From Ignavibacteriae bacterium HGW-Ignavibacteriae-4 (lineage in GTDB: Bacteria; Bacteroidota; Ignavibacteria; Kapaibacteriales; UBA2268): a stretch of DNA of 64,000 nt. The notes under the pieces are model-generated. The model searched no databases and was not told the origin of the DNA. It worked only from the letters and a program-made list of their open reading frames with translations. The stretch is taken from the NCBI GenBank assembly GCA_002839765.1, contig PGYR01000004.1, forward strand, positions 45,055-109,054, in the 5' to 3' direction. Shown here in pieces: positions 7,899 through 17,347 of this stretch. Positions within the stretch are counted from its first letter, which is position 1; each line of letters starts with the position of its first letter. A program made the translations under genes and the position numbers.

Positions 7899-9317
7899 TC
7901 ATTTTAGGATTTGTATTGTCTTTATAGATACTTTATCATTTTCGATTAATAATAGATACGTACCAGATTCCAAATCATTTTGGAAAGTGTATGTTTTTGA
8001 TTTTTTATTTGACTGCTTTACTAATCGTCCATTTATATTATAAAGCTTCACTTCATTAGCTAATTGAGGGATATTGATTTGTATTTCACTTATATCAACC
8101 GTTACAGCTATATTATCAATATCTGTTGCATCTACACCAGTAGTTATACTAGCAGGAATTAATCTGTTTTCATTGTTCAAAATTGTAGCTTCTGCTATTA
8201 TTATCGGCTTAGTTAATTCCACATCACTTTCTACAAGCAGATACGCTATAATACCAGATTTATTTATCTGAAAATCACTCTCAAAACTGCCTATTGTGAA
8301 TTCTAACTTATTATCATTTATATCTTTGATTATATGTGCATCGGTCCCTTCAAATAAATCACCAGCTATTATGGATTTGATTGACAACCCACTTGGTATA
8401 TCAACTTTCGCTGTCATTGCTCTATAGCTGTTAGTAACAGAGCTGAAAATCGGGATTTTTCTGTATTCTGACTCATCTATATATTCAGCTAATCCAGCTG
8501 TTGTATTCTCACCAGTTAATCCAGTGCCCTCGTTATGAGTTTTACTGTCATTGTGGAATACCACCATACCATCAGCAACTGTAATTACACCATCACCATC
8601 GCAATCTGCGAAAGTAGCATCGGCATTATCCCAGACTAATACTTTTTGACCAGTCCACATAATAGTTGAGTTCTTTCTTTTAAATGTTCTTCCATCATTT
8701 TGGATTGAATTCCCTTCGAAATATAGTCCTATCTGATTGTAATCTCTAGTATCGACCAATCCATCATTATTACTATCACCAGGCCATACATTAATAAAGC
8801 TATGTATATTCAGCTCTAGTGGTTCACTTGATATTTCGACATTTGTTTGGCTACTATCAACGAACGCAGTTGCATAGAAATTCACGAAAGTGAATATAAG
8901 CGCCTCTCTATTCGGTATATCATTAGATATAGCGAACTCGAGATGAAGTATTTTAGGGCTGTCAAAATCGTTTTCACCGACTGTTGTCCCAGAGAAAATA
9001 CCAACATTCATAAACTTGTCTCCAGTGCCAGGAATTAATTTTGGGTTGGTAATATAAACTGTACCATTATCGCCAAAATCTCCGATTTTATATCCAGAGA
9101 AGTGGACATAATCACCAAAATTCCATTGTAATTGGAAAGAAGCACTATTCACATTCTCTATTTCATCTATGTAAATATCAATTCCAAATTTGAAATTAGC
9201 AGTCACATGTCCGTATCTAGCAGTGTCCACATCGGTTCTCTCTATTCTAAGAGTTTGCGAAGTAGCAGAAATCGTAATAACTGCTAGAGCAATTAAATAT
9301 AGTATTAGTTTTTTCAT
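7899..9317 (-). CDS. secreted protein with dockerin-like Ca-binding repeats and a T9SS C-terminal sorting domain
   Basis: Signal peptide; dockerin-type repeats (GDSNNDGLVDTRDYNQIGLY and CDGDGVITVADGMVVF); C-terminal Por_Secre_tail-like beta-sandwich (…GTYLLLIENDKVSIKTIQILK). Confidence 0.6.
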   Translation of the reverse strand: MKKLILYLIALAVITISATSQTLRIERTDVDTARYGHVTANFKFGIDIYIDEIENVNSASFQLQWNFGDYVHFSGYKIGDFGDNGTVYITNPKLIPGTGDKFMNVGIFSGTTVGENDFDSPKILHLEFAISNDIPNREALIFTFVNFYATAFVDSSQTNVEISSEPLELNIHSFINVWPGDSNNDGLVDTRDYNQIGLYFEGNSIQNDGRTFKRKNSTIMWTGQKVLVWDNADATFADCDGDGVITVADGMVVFHNDSKTHNEGTGLTGENTTAGLAEYIDESEYRKIPIFSSVTNSYRAMTAKVDIPSGLSIKSIIAGDLFEGTDAHIIKDINDNKLEFTIGSFESDFQINKSGIIAYLLVESDVELTKPIIIAEATILNNENRLIPASITTGVDATDIDNIAVTVDISEIQINIPQLANEVKLYNINGRLVKQSNKKSKTYTFQNDLESGTYLLLIENDKVSIKTIQILK

Positions 9318-9484
9318 ACTTATGTGCTATCAAGACTTGTGCCAAACGAATAATTTGGCAACCCTCTATTCTTGCAAATGATTATAAGATTATTATTTTT
9401 ATAAAAGAAAATGATTGTTATGTAAACCAAAATTAAACCCTTACCGTCAAAGGGTAAAAATATAATCAACAAATAAAGAGATCG

Positions 9485-11851
9485 ATGAAACGAATAATAC
9501 TTTTATCTTTTCTGATACCATTTATGAGTCTATTCTCGCAAGAGGAATTTACACTCAGCGGTTATGTAAAAGATAAATCATCAGGGGAGAGCTTAATAGG
9601 TGCTACTATTAGCATCAAAGAGACAAAATTCGGAGCCGTGACAAATGCTTACGGATTTTACTCGCTTACCATTCCAAAGGGCAAATACACTGCAATCGCA
9701 TCATATATCGGATATGAGAAATTAGAAAAAACAATCAATTTGAATAAAGACACAAAGATCAATCTTGAGCTAGGTACTTCTGATTTATTATCTGATGAAG
9801 TATTAGTAACTGCACAGAAAGCGAATAACAACGTTACTTCTATAGAGATGAGTACGATAGAGCTTAGTGCACAAACACTTACACGTATGCCTGCTCTATT
9901 GGGTGAAACTGATGTTGTAAAATCAATACAGTTGTTACCAGGTATTGGCTCCGTAGGAGAAGGCTCTACTGGTTTCAATGTGAGAGGTGGTGGTATAGAC
10001 CAAAACCTTGTTCTTCTAGATGAAGCGCCAGTTTACAACTCATCGCATTTATTCGGATTCTTCTCTGTATTCAATCCTGATGCTGTGAAAGATGTTAAGC
10101 TAGTAAAAGGTGGTATTCCATCTGCTTATGGTGGAAGATTGTCATCTATACTAGATGTTAGGTTGAAAGAAGGTAATAGTAGAAAGTTCAACATAGATGG
10201 TGGTGTTGGAGCTATATTTAGTCGATTGGCTATCGAAGGTCCAATCATAGAGGACAAATTATCTTTCCTAGTGGCTGCTCGTAGATCTTATGTAGATGTA
10301 TTAGCAAAACCATTCTTAGATGAAGGTTTGAAAGATAGCAAATTCTATTTCTATGATTTGACAGCTAAGACGAACTGGAAAGTAGATGAGAATAACACAG
10401 TATTCGCATCTGGTTATTTCGGTAGAGATGTATTCGGTGCTGGGTTCGGATTCGATTGGGGAAGTGAGACTTTCACTACTAGATGGAATCACCTATTCAG
10501 TGATAAACTATTCTCAAATCTGACATACTATTATAGCAATTATGACTATAAACTACAGTTTGGTGAAGATGATATAGATGTTTTCAAATGGCAAGCGAAC
10601 ATAGTAACACAGTCTGTGAAATACGATTTGAACTATTTCTTTAGCCCGAAAAACAATATTGATTTTGGAATTGAAGCTATACACTATAATTTTACACCCG
10701 GCAATGCTGAAGGCATTAGTGATGGTATTTCGGTACCGATTAGCCTAGATAATCAATTTGCAGGACAACTAGCAGCTTATGTAGGTCAAGAGTTAGAAGC
10801 GACTGATGATTTGTCGTTCAAGTATGGGTTAAGAGGTTCGTATTATACTTATATGGGGCCTGGTACTGCATATTATTACGGAGATACAACGATTGGAATC
10901 TCAAAACCACTAATAAGAGAAGAGAAATTCGCTGATTATGCTAATATTGCTGATTATTTTAATTTAGAGCCGAGATTCTCAGTCAAGTATCAACTAAATA
11001 AAGAAAGTTCTCTTAAAGCAAGTTATAACCGAATGGCACAATATGTCCATCTCGTTTCTAATACTGCGGCTTCATCTCCTTTGGATGTATGGACTCCAAC
11101 TACTAATAATATCAAACCAGAACTTGCAGACCAAGTGGCTTTGGGATATTTCAAGAACTTCGATGATAATATGTGGGAGACATCTGTAGAAGTATATTAT
11201 AAGGATATGAAAAACCAGATTGAGTATATAAGCGGTGCCGATTTATTACTCAATGAGAATCTAGAAGCCGACTTTCTGAATGGTGATGGTAGAGCTTATG
11301 GTGCTGAGTTTTATATAAAGAAGAACAGTGGCGACCTAACGGGTTGGATTAGTTATACATTAGCAAGAACAGAAAGACAAGTAGAAGGTATCAACAGAGG
11401 CGATTGGTTCCCAGCTAGATTCAACAGAACTCATAATTTGAGTATAGTTGCATTCTACGACTTATCTAAAACATGGAGTTTGTCGGCTAATTTCATACTT
11501 TCATCTGGTACTCCGGCTACATTCCCTACTAATAGATACGAATGGCAAGAATATTATATTCCACATAATTCCAATGAGTCAAGAAATAATTACGTAATAC
11601 CTATGACTCATAGATTGGATTTATCACTAACTTATGACCCAGAAGATGAGTCTGGCGATTGGTGGACTGGCAAATGGGTGTTCTCTATTTATAACGTATA
11701 TAATAGAAAGAACCCTTACTCTGTTTACTTCCGAAACAATGAAGACAATCCGAGGGTAACTGAAGCCGTTAGGTTTGCGGTGTTTGGCTCGATAGTTCCG
11801 GCTATCTCTTATAATTTCAATTTTGATGTAGATAAACTAATAAATGACTAA
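9485..11851 (+). CDS. TonB-dependent outer-membrane receptor with N-terminal carboxypeptidase-regulatory-like domain
   Basis: Signal peptide; CarboxypepD_reg-like domain (FTLSGYVKDKSSGESLIGATISIKETKFGAVTNAYGFYSL); plug and beta-barrel region; C-terminal aromatic terminus. Confidence 0.8.
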   Translation: MKRIILLSFLIPFMSLFSQEEFTLSGYVKDKSSGESLIGATISIKETKFGAVTNAYGFYSLTIPKGKYTAIASYIGYEKLEKTINLNKDTKINLELGTSDLLSDEVLVTAQKANNNVTSIEMSTIELSAQTLTRMPALLGETDVVKSIQLLPGIGSVGEGSTGFNVRGGGIDQNLVLLDEAPVYNSSHLFGFFSVFNPDAVKDVKLVKGGIPSAYGGRLSSILDVRLKEGNSRKFNIDGGVGAIFSRLAIEGPIIEDKLSFLVAARRSYVDVLAKPFLDEGLKDSKFYFYDLTAKTNWKVDENNTVFASGYFGRDVFGAGFGFDWGSETFTTRWNHLFSDKLFSNLTYYYSNYDYKLQFGEDDIDVFKWQANIVTQSVKYDLNYFFSPKNNIDFGIEAIHYNFTPGNAEGISDGISVPISLDNQFAGQLAAYVGQELEATDDLSFKYGLRGSYYTYMGPGTAYYYGDTTIGISKPLIREEKFADYANIADYFNLEPRFSVKYQLNKESSLKASYNRMAQYVHLVSNTAASSPLDVWTPTTNNIKPELADQVALGYFKNFDDNMWETSVEVYYKDMKNQIEYISGADLLLNENLEADFLNGDGRAYGAEFYIKKNSGDLTGWISYTLARTERQVEGINRGDWFPARFNRTHNLSIVAFYDLSKTWSLSANFILSSGTPATFPTNRYEWQEYYIPHNSNESRNNYVIPMTHRLDLSLTYDPEDESGDWWTGKWVFSIYNVYNRKNPYSVYFRNNEDNPRVTEAVRFAVFGSIVPAISYNFNFDVDKLIND

Positions 11852-12764
11852 TATGAAAAAATTAATATTAATACTATTCTCGACAATGCTATTCGCTTCT
11901 TGTGAAGATGTGATAGATGTAGATCTGAATGACGGGCAGCCACAATTAACAGTTGATGCTATTCTAACGAATATAGATAAGCCACAATATGTGCGATTGA
12001 CTTTATCGGGTGAGTATTTCGATGCGGCTTCTGTAACTCCTATTACGAACGCTTTGGTAGAGTTGACAGATAGCGACGGCAATAATTATACTTTCAAAAC
12101 ACCCGATACAGATGGCAAATATGAACTAGATTCATCTTTTAGCAATTTGGTAGTGGGAAGAGAGTATTACCTAAAAGTAACTTACAACAATGAAGTATTC
12201 ACCTCCAAAAGTACAGTAAGACAAGTCCCCGCAATAGATTCTATAACTTGGAAGCGTGAGAAATTGCCATTTGGTGATGTTGATTCTATATGGGCAGTCC
12301 AATTTTGGGCATACGACAGCCCAGGACTAGGTGATGCTTATTGGGTAAGGGGAACTAGAAATGGTGAACTGAATAAGTTATCTACTAGGCTAACTGTAGC
12401 TTATGATGGCTCTACTGGTAGAGGTTCTAAGACTGATAATATTCCTTTTATACTACCTATTCGCGGGTCTATATCACCGGGAGGAAGTTTTGCAGGGCCA
12501 CCAGATGGACAAGAATTCGCCGAAGTTGGCGAGAAAGTTGGTGTTCAACTATATAGTATCTCACAGGACTTTGCTGAGTTTCTAACTATATTGGAAGATC
12601 AGTTAAACAATGGCGGTCTTTTCGCAAAACCACCAACAAACCTACCAAGTAATATCAGAAATGAGAACAGTAATGGTAGCAAAGCACTCGGCTGGTTCGA
12701 GGTTTCTAATACTTCAGTTGACGAAGCTGAAATAAGCTGGGAAAGGGGCAATAATAGGAAGTAA
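11844..12764 (+). CDS. lipoprotein, possibly DUF4249 family (common partner of CarboxypepD_reg TonB receptors)
   Basis: Lipobox (LFASCED). The gene overlaps the end of the receptor gene. The family assignment is from memory of the usual gene pairing, not a motif match. Confidence 0.4.
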   Translation: MTNMKKLILILFSTMLFASCEDVIDVDLNDGQPQLTVDAILTNIDKPQYVRLTLSGEYFDAASVTPITNALVELTDSDGNNYTFKTPDTDGKYELDSSFSNLVVGREYYLKVTYNNEVFTSKSTVRQVPAIDSITWKREKLPFGDVDSIWAVQFWAYDSPGLGDAYWVRGTRNGELNKLSTRLTVAYDGSTGRGSKTDNIPFILPIRGSISPGGSFAGPPDGQEFAEVGEKVGVQLYSISQDFAEFLTILEDQLNNGGLFAKPPTNLPSNIRNENSNGSKALGWFEVSNTSVDEAEISWERGNNRK

Positions 12765-12785
12765 GCGAAAGCTAAGATAAATAGA

Positions 12786-12828
12786 AAAAGCCGCTCAACA
12801 TATTGCTATGCTAAGCGGCTTTTTTGAT
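12786..12828 (+). terminator. rho-independent terminator
   Basis: AAGCCGCT-caacatattgctatgcta-AGCGGCTT followed by TTTTTT. Confidence 0.6.
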
Positions 12829-13005
12829 TTTAGTCGATTCAACTATGTATTGTTATTTACTCAACCAAACATGTTTTTAATTTAGAAGCTTTACCATCTT
12901 TATTTTGAAAAAAGAGTTCTTTTTTAAGTAAATTGTAATTAAATTAATAGAAATAGTATTGTAACTCTCAAAAATCATTTTTTTTTAAATTTAATTCTAA
13001 ATGAT

Positions 13006-13770
13006 ATGAAAAACTATATAAGAAATCAGAGAAGAGAAAATAAGAGTACTTTAGTATTTGTTCATGGAAATTCTAGTTCTAGTAATGTGTTTAATCCAAT
13101 TTTTGAATCAGAATTATTTGACGAAAATTTAATTTCTTTCGACTTTTTTGGACACGGCAAGAGCCCTTGGCTAAGTATTGAACACAAATACTCAATAGAA
13201 AGTTATAGAAAGCAGTTATTGGAAATAACCTCAAATGTTATGAATGATGTTTATATTATAGCTCATTCATTGGGTGGACATATAGCAATAGAAGTTGCCA
13301 CAAGCATAGAGAACTTAAAAGGATTATTAGTCTTTGGAACTCCGCCTATTAGAAAACCAATAAATTTCAATGAAGCGTTTAATCCTGTAGAAATATTAAA
13401 TATGATGTACACTGATAAGGTTGATGATGAGAATTTAGAAATACTTTTCCAGAAGTTTACTCGAAATAAATCTTACAATGAAATTTTAAAAAAAGATTTT
13501 AGAAATACGGACCCTCGTATTAGACTTAACTTAGCAGCAGAATTACAAAATCCAGATACACTATTAGATGAAGTTAATATATTTAAAAATTTAAATTGCA
13601 AGAAGTTGATAATTAATGGTGAAAATGATCCAGCCATAAATAAAGAATACATAAGGTTAATTCAAAAGGAATGCAATTTCGATTTTTTAGAAGTAAAAGA
13701 TTCTGGACATTATATTTCTGTCGAAAAAAGATTTGAATTTAATAGACTAGTTAAAGAATTTGTAAATTAA
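13006..13770 (+). CDS. alpha/beta-fold hydrolase
   Basis: HGxxxxxxxF oxyanion region (VFVHGNSSSSNVF) and nucleophile elbow IAHSLGGHIA (GxSxG). Lies in very AT-rich DNA. Confidence 0.65.
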   Translation: MKNYIRNQRRENKSTLVFVHGNSSSSNVFNPIFESELFDENLISFDFFGHGKSPWLSIEHKYSIESYRKQLLEITSNVMNDVYIIAHSLGGHIAIEVATSIENLKGLLVFGTPPIRKPINFNEAFNPVEILNMMYTDKVDDENLEILFQKFTRNKSYNEILKKDFRNTDPRIRLNLAAELQNPDTLLDEVNIFKNLNCKKLIINGENDPAINKEYIRLIQKECNFDFLEVKDSGHYISVEKRFEFNRLVKEFVN

Positions 13771-13784
13771 ACTTTTGAATCTAT

Positions 13785-14519
13785 TTATAATGAATTGATA
13801 TCATCAAAAGTAGAATCAAGAGCACCTATCAGATTGAAAGCATCTGCGAATTTAATCATTCCTATTAAGTTGTGAATATCTAATTTCTTCCGAATATTTT
13901 CTCTATGTGTTCTTACAGTATTTTCAGAGATATAGATTTCATCAGCAATTTGTTTATTTGACTTACCTGAAGCTATCTGAGCTAATATAAATTTTTCACG
14001 TTTTGAGAGTGTTTTGAATTTCAGCCAAAGATGAGGGTTGTAATCAAAGGGGACTAAAATATTTTTTAGTTTAGAACCAATAATTCCTAATTCATCAAAA
14101 GTATATTGAATATTAAAAAACTCATCATCGTTTAGTATTATTTTATTACCAATTAGCCATGTCATTTTATCTTCAATTTTGAACTTTTGAATAGTCGTGC
14201 AGATAGATTTTTTATCGTTTTGAATATCAAATGTTTTGATTCTGTTGAATACACTTTCAGTCAATTGTGGATCGAACTTTTGTTTAATCCAATCAAGATT
14301 AACATTAGAAAAGTCTGAGGTTCCCAACGCAGCTATTGACTTAATGTTAGCATAATTATAGATATAATTTTTTTTAAAATTAGTAAATATAAAAAAAGGT
14401 AAATAACCAGCTATCTCAACAAAGTCTTTGTTATTGTTATTATAAAGTTCAGATAATCTAAAAATACTATATTGGTTGAAATTTAGATATTCACTTTCAG
14501 TATGTAATTTTGTATTCAT
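13785..14519 (-). CDS. LuxR-family transcriptional regulator with uncharacterised N-terminal domain
   Basis: C-terminal LuxR-type HTH (LSKREKFILAQIASGKSNKQIADEIYISENTVRTHRENIRKKL). The N-terminal ~170 aa are not a recognisable autoinducer-binding or receiver domain. Confidence 0.7.
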   Translation of the reverse strand: MNTKLHTESEYLNFNQYSIFRLSELYNNNNKDFVEIAGYLPFFIFTNFKKNYIYNYANIKSIAALGTSDFSNVNLDWIKQKFDPQLTESVFNRIKTFDIQNDKKSICTTIQKFKIEDKMTWLIGNKIILNDDEFFNIQYTFDELGIIGSKLKNILVPFDYNPHLWLKFKTLSKREKFILAQIASGKSNKQIADEIYISENTVRTHRENIRKKLDIHNLIGMIKFADAFNLIGALDSTFDDINSL

Positions 14520-14686
14520 TATTAACCTTTTATATCTTCAGAATTTATGAAATTTTATAATTAAATAGCTAAGAAATACATTCCACTATATTCAATTTAA
14601 CAAAACTATAGTTAATAGACTTAGATAAATTAATTAGTTACTGTGTTATATTATAATTGCTTCCAAGTAACCTTATTCTATTAAAA

Positions 14687-14706
14687 ATACGTTGAATAAC
14701 GTATTG
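14687..14706. promoter_or_regulatory. perfect 8-4-8 palindrome AATACGTT-GAAT-AACGTATT in the divergent intergenic region
   Basis: Read directly from the sequence. It sits between the LuxR-type gene (minus) and the 14866/15479 gene pair (plus). Confidence 0.35.
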
Positions 14707-14865
14707 TGACAAGAGTTTAATTGATATAATTTAGTGAAATAAAATTCGGAAGAACAAGAATATTTAATTATCAAATAAAATAGGAATCTGGAAGGCACTT
14801 CTCTTGTTTTGCTTGAGCTTAAAAATAACTCCAAACGATTAGATAGTTAAATAATTGTCAACTTA

Positions 14866-15447
14866 TTGGGGTACACTCCATTTCAGTTATTATTAGATAT
14901 GCAAAAAAATTTAAAAACCTATCCATCAAATATAACTTTATTACTTGGGGGTTATAATTGTCCATTTTCTTTAGAAGTAGCTTTTTGCAATTTAGCCAAA
15001 GAACTAAAAATAAATATAAATATTCTCTATGTATATGGTATTGCTGAGGTTGAATCTGCAATATTTTTAGGTCGGAGAAACTTTGAGACCAAAGATATAA
15101 TGTATAAATTAATTTCGAAAGATACATCTTATTTAGTTAAAGACGTTATGTTATTTTTAATCTATAATAAAATGGAGTTTGAAACTGGCGATTATGTTAT
15201 GGAATTAAATAATAATTTGATTATTAAGCAAAATTCACAAAGTTACTCTAAAGAAGTAAGTAGTTTTTTGGAGAGTTGGAGTTATGAAGATTGGAGGAAA
15301 AACACTGGATATATATATATTGAAAATAGTATTATATATTTTCAGACAAGGAAAAACATTGAAACTACTTCAAACCTTGAAATTGAGTATTTCAACTTTT
15401 TAAGAACTACAAATTTAACTTGGCTTGACAAACCAAATTGGAAGTAG
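14866..15447 (+). CDS. hypothetical protein (TTG start in the ORF track; first ATG at 14899)
   Basis: 193-aa ORF with AT-rich codon usage and no recognisable motif. Confidence 0.35.
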   Translation: MGYTPFQLLLDMQKNLKTYPSNITLLLGGYNCPFSLEVAFCNLAKELKININILYVYGIAEVESAIFLGRRNFETKDIMYKLISKDTSYLVKDVMLFLIYNKMEFETGDYVMELNNNLIIKQNSQSYSKEVSSFLESWSYEDWRKNTGYIYIENSIIYFQTRKNIETTSNLEIEYFNFLRTTNLTWLDKPNWK

Positions 15448-15478
15448 TGTTTTGAGTCACAAATTTAATAACTAACCA

Positions 15479-16378
15479 ATGAATATTACAATACGAAGAA
15501 AACTTTTAGATATCATTAATAATTATGGTCCTGAAGAATCCGAATATGAGTTTTTAAATAGTTTGTTAATAAAAAATAAATTGGTAAGGTCCAATTTTAT
15601 TCAAAATATTATTAATAACCTAGAATACTTAAATTCACTTGAAACAATAATGGGGCATAGCCGATTAAAACCATTTGGATACTCGGGTGATTTTCTCTTA
15701 ATTGAAAAAATTTATAAAAATTTCACATCTTATAACTCAAAATTTGAAAAATGGGACAAATATTCAATTAATATGCCTGCTGCTCAAGCTGTCAGAAATA
15801 GAAAAACTATTTTCAAAAATTTAATATTAGAACAACTAAGTAAAACTTGTGAAAGTATTGATTTATTAAACGTAGCTAGTGGACCAGCAACAGATATTAA
15901 AGAGATTTATGAAATCATTGATCCTAGATTATTACAAACTACTTGTATTGATAGTGAAATAAAAGCAATCGATTATGCCAAAATTAATCTTCACAAATAT
16001 CTTAAAAATATTACGTTTTACAATGTTAATATAATTAGATTTAGATCCCAGAAGTTATACGATGTGATATGGTCTGCAGGTCTATTTGATTATTTTAATG
16101 ATGATATATTCATTAAAGTACTTAAGCAATTCAAAGATTTATTAAAGCCATTTGGTAAAATAATAATTGGTAATTTTTGTAAATCTAACCCAACAAAAGA
16201 TTATATGGAATTATTTGGTAATTGGTACTTAATACATAGAACAGAAGGGGAGTTAAAAGAACTCGCACTAAAAGCTGGGTTCTTAGAGCAATCTATTACA
16301 ATAATAAAGGAAGAACTAAATATAAATTTATTTTTAGTAATAGATTTAGATTATAATGGGAAAATGGAAAGTTCTTAA
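15479..16378 (+). CDS. putative class I SAM-dependent methyltransferase-like protein
   Basis: Motif I-like LLNVASGPATD, an acidic residue after beta2 (IDSEIKAID), and a post-I/II region (IWSAGLFDYFND…LLKPFGKIIIGNF). Weak, fold-level call. Confidence 0.4.
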   Translation: MNITIRRKLLDIINNYGPEESEYEFLNSLLIKNKLVRSNFIQNIINNLEYLNSLETIMGHSRLKPFGYSGDFLLIEKIYKNFTSYNSKFEKWDKYSINMPAAQAVRNRKTIFKNLILEQLSKTCESIDLLNVASGPATDIKEIYEIIDPRLLQTTCIDSEIKAIDYAKINLHKYLKNITFYNVNIIRFRSQKLYDVIWSAGLFDYFNDDIFIKVLKQFKDLLKPFGKIIIGNFCKSNPTKDYMELFGNWYLIHRTEGELKELALKAGFLEQSITIIKEELNINLFLVIDLDYNGKMESS

Positions 16379-16430
16379 TTCTGTAGATATATTTGCACAT
16401 ATTGTAATGGTAGTAGTGGGTTATTTATAA

Positions 16431-16449
16431 TAAAATAACTTAGTTTACT
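16431..16449. repeat. 19-bp direct repeat TAAAATAACTTAGTTTACT (left copy) flanking the KilA-N gene
   Basis: Exact match to 17304..17322. It lies 4 bp from one end of the KilA-N ORF. Confidence 0.6.
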
Positions 16450-16453
16450 CTAT

Positions 16454-17296
16454 CTATTTGTTTAGCTTTTTGTTCACTTTTACAGTTAATAAAATTTTCA
16501 TCTGATTAATTGCTATTTGATTTAATTTTTCTAATCTTACATTTTGTTGTAAACCATCACTTATAAAAAGTGCATTTAGATTTTCAAGATTAACCAAGCA
16601 TACTAATTGGTTTTCATTTGCAAAATCTCTTATATTTCCTTTCTCGGTGGGGTTTTCCTCCCTCCATTGCTTAGCCGTTTTACCAAATAAAGCCATATTT
16701 AAAATATCAGCTTCATTGGCATATACATTTACTATTTGCTGTTTGCTAAGATAATCGGGTATGAGGTGTGAATTTATAGCATCAGTATGAATTCGATAAT
16801 TTATCTTAGTTAAGTTTCTTTTTATATCCCAGCCAATTTGTTTCTGTTCTTTTTCTTTCAGTCGTTGGAATTCTTTAATTAGGTATATCTTAAATTTGGG
16901 GGAAATCCAAGATGCAAACTCGAAAGCAATGTCTTTATGAGCAAAAGTTCCACCATATCTTCCAGCTTTTGCAACAATACCAATAGAATTAGTTTTAGCA
17001 ACCCATTGCTTAACTGAAAGTGCAAATCTATTCAAACCAGCTTGGTTTTTAATTCCCTCGAATTCGGGGGAATTAAAATCGGGATTGTATATTTCTTCCC
17101 ATATACCTAAAAATTCAATTGTATTTTTGTTACGTAACCAATTCTCTATGAGGACAAGTCCATTCTCAACATCTCTAACCATATCAGTTAATGAAATATA
17201 ATCCTTCTCTTCAAATTCATAAATTAAAATCTCTTTACCTTGTACCAAAACGGATTTATTGTTTTTACTCATAATTATCTCAAATATTCCTGACAA
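16454..17296 (-). CDS. KilA-N domain-containing protein (Bacteroides-type)
   Basis: N-terminal KilA-N/APSES-like region (VLVQGKEILIYEFEEKDYISLTDMVRDVENGLVLIENWLRNKNTIEFLGIWEEIYNPDFN…AGRYGGTFAHKDIAFEFASWISPKFKIYLIKEFQRLKE). This is the architecture typical of a widespread FCB-group family. Confidence 0.8.
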   Translation of the reverse strand: MSGIFEIIMSKNNKSVLVQGKEILIYEFEEKDYISLTDMVRDVENGLVLIENWLRNKNTIEFLGIWEEIYNPDFNSPEFEGIKNQAGLNRFALSVKQWVAKTNSIGIVAKAGRYGGTFAHKDIAFEFASWISPKFKIYLIKEFQRLKEKEQKQIGWDIKRNLTKINYRIHTDAINSHLIPDYLSKQQIVNVYANEADILNMALFGKTAKQWREENPTEKGNIRDFANENQLVCLVNLENLNALFISDGLQQNVRLEKLNQIAINQMKILLTVKVNKKLNK

Positions 17297-17303
17297 TTTA
17301 ATA

Positions 17304-17322
17304 TAAAATAACTTAGTTTACT
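17304..17322. repeat. 19-bp direct repeat TAAAATAACTTAGTTTACT (right copy)
   Basis: Exact copy of 16431..16449. It lies 7 bp from the KilA-N start codon. Confidence 0.6.
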
Positions 17323-17347
17323 ATATCATACAACCCCAAATTCAAAA

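Noticed and set aside
7801-8271. Small plus-strand ORFs (7801..8043, 8074..8271) overlapping the T9SS cargo gene and its terminator.
   Set aside because: Antisense to a long signal-peptide- and CTD-bearing ORF, with no RBS or domain. Spurious.
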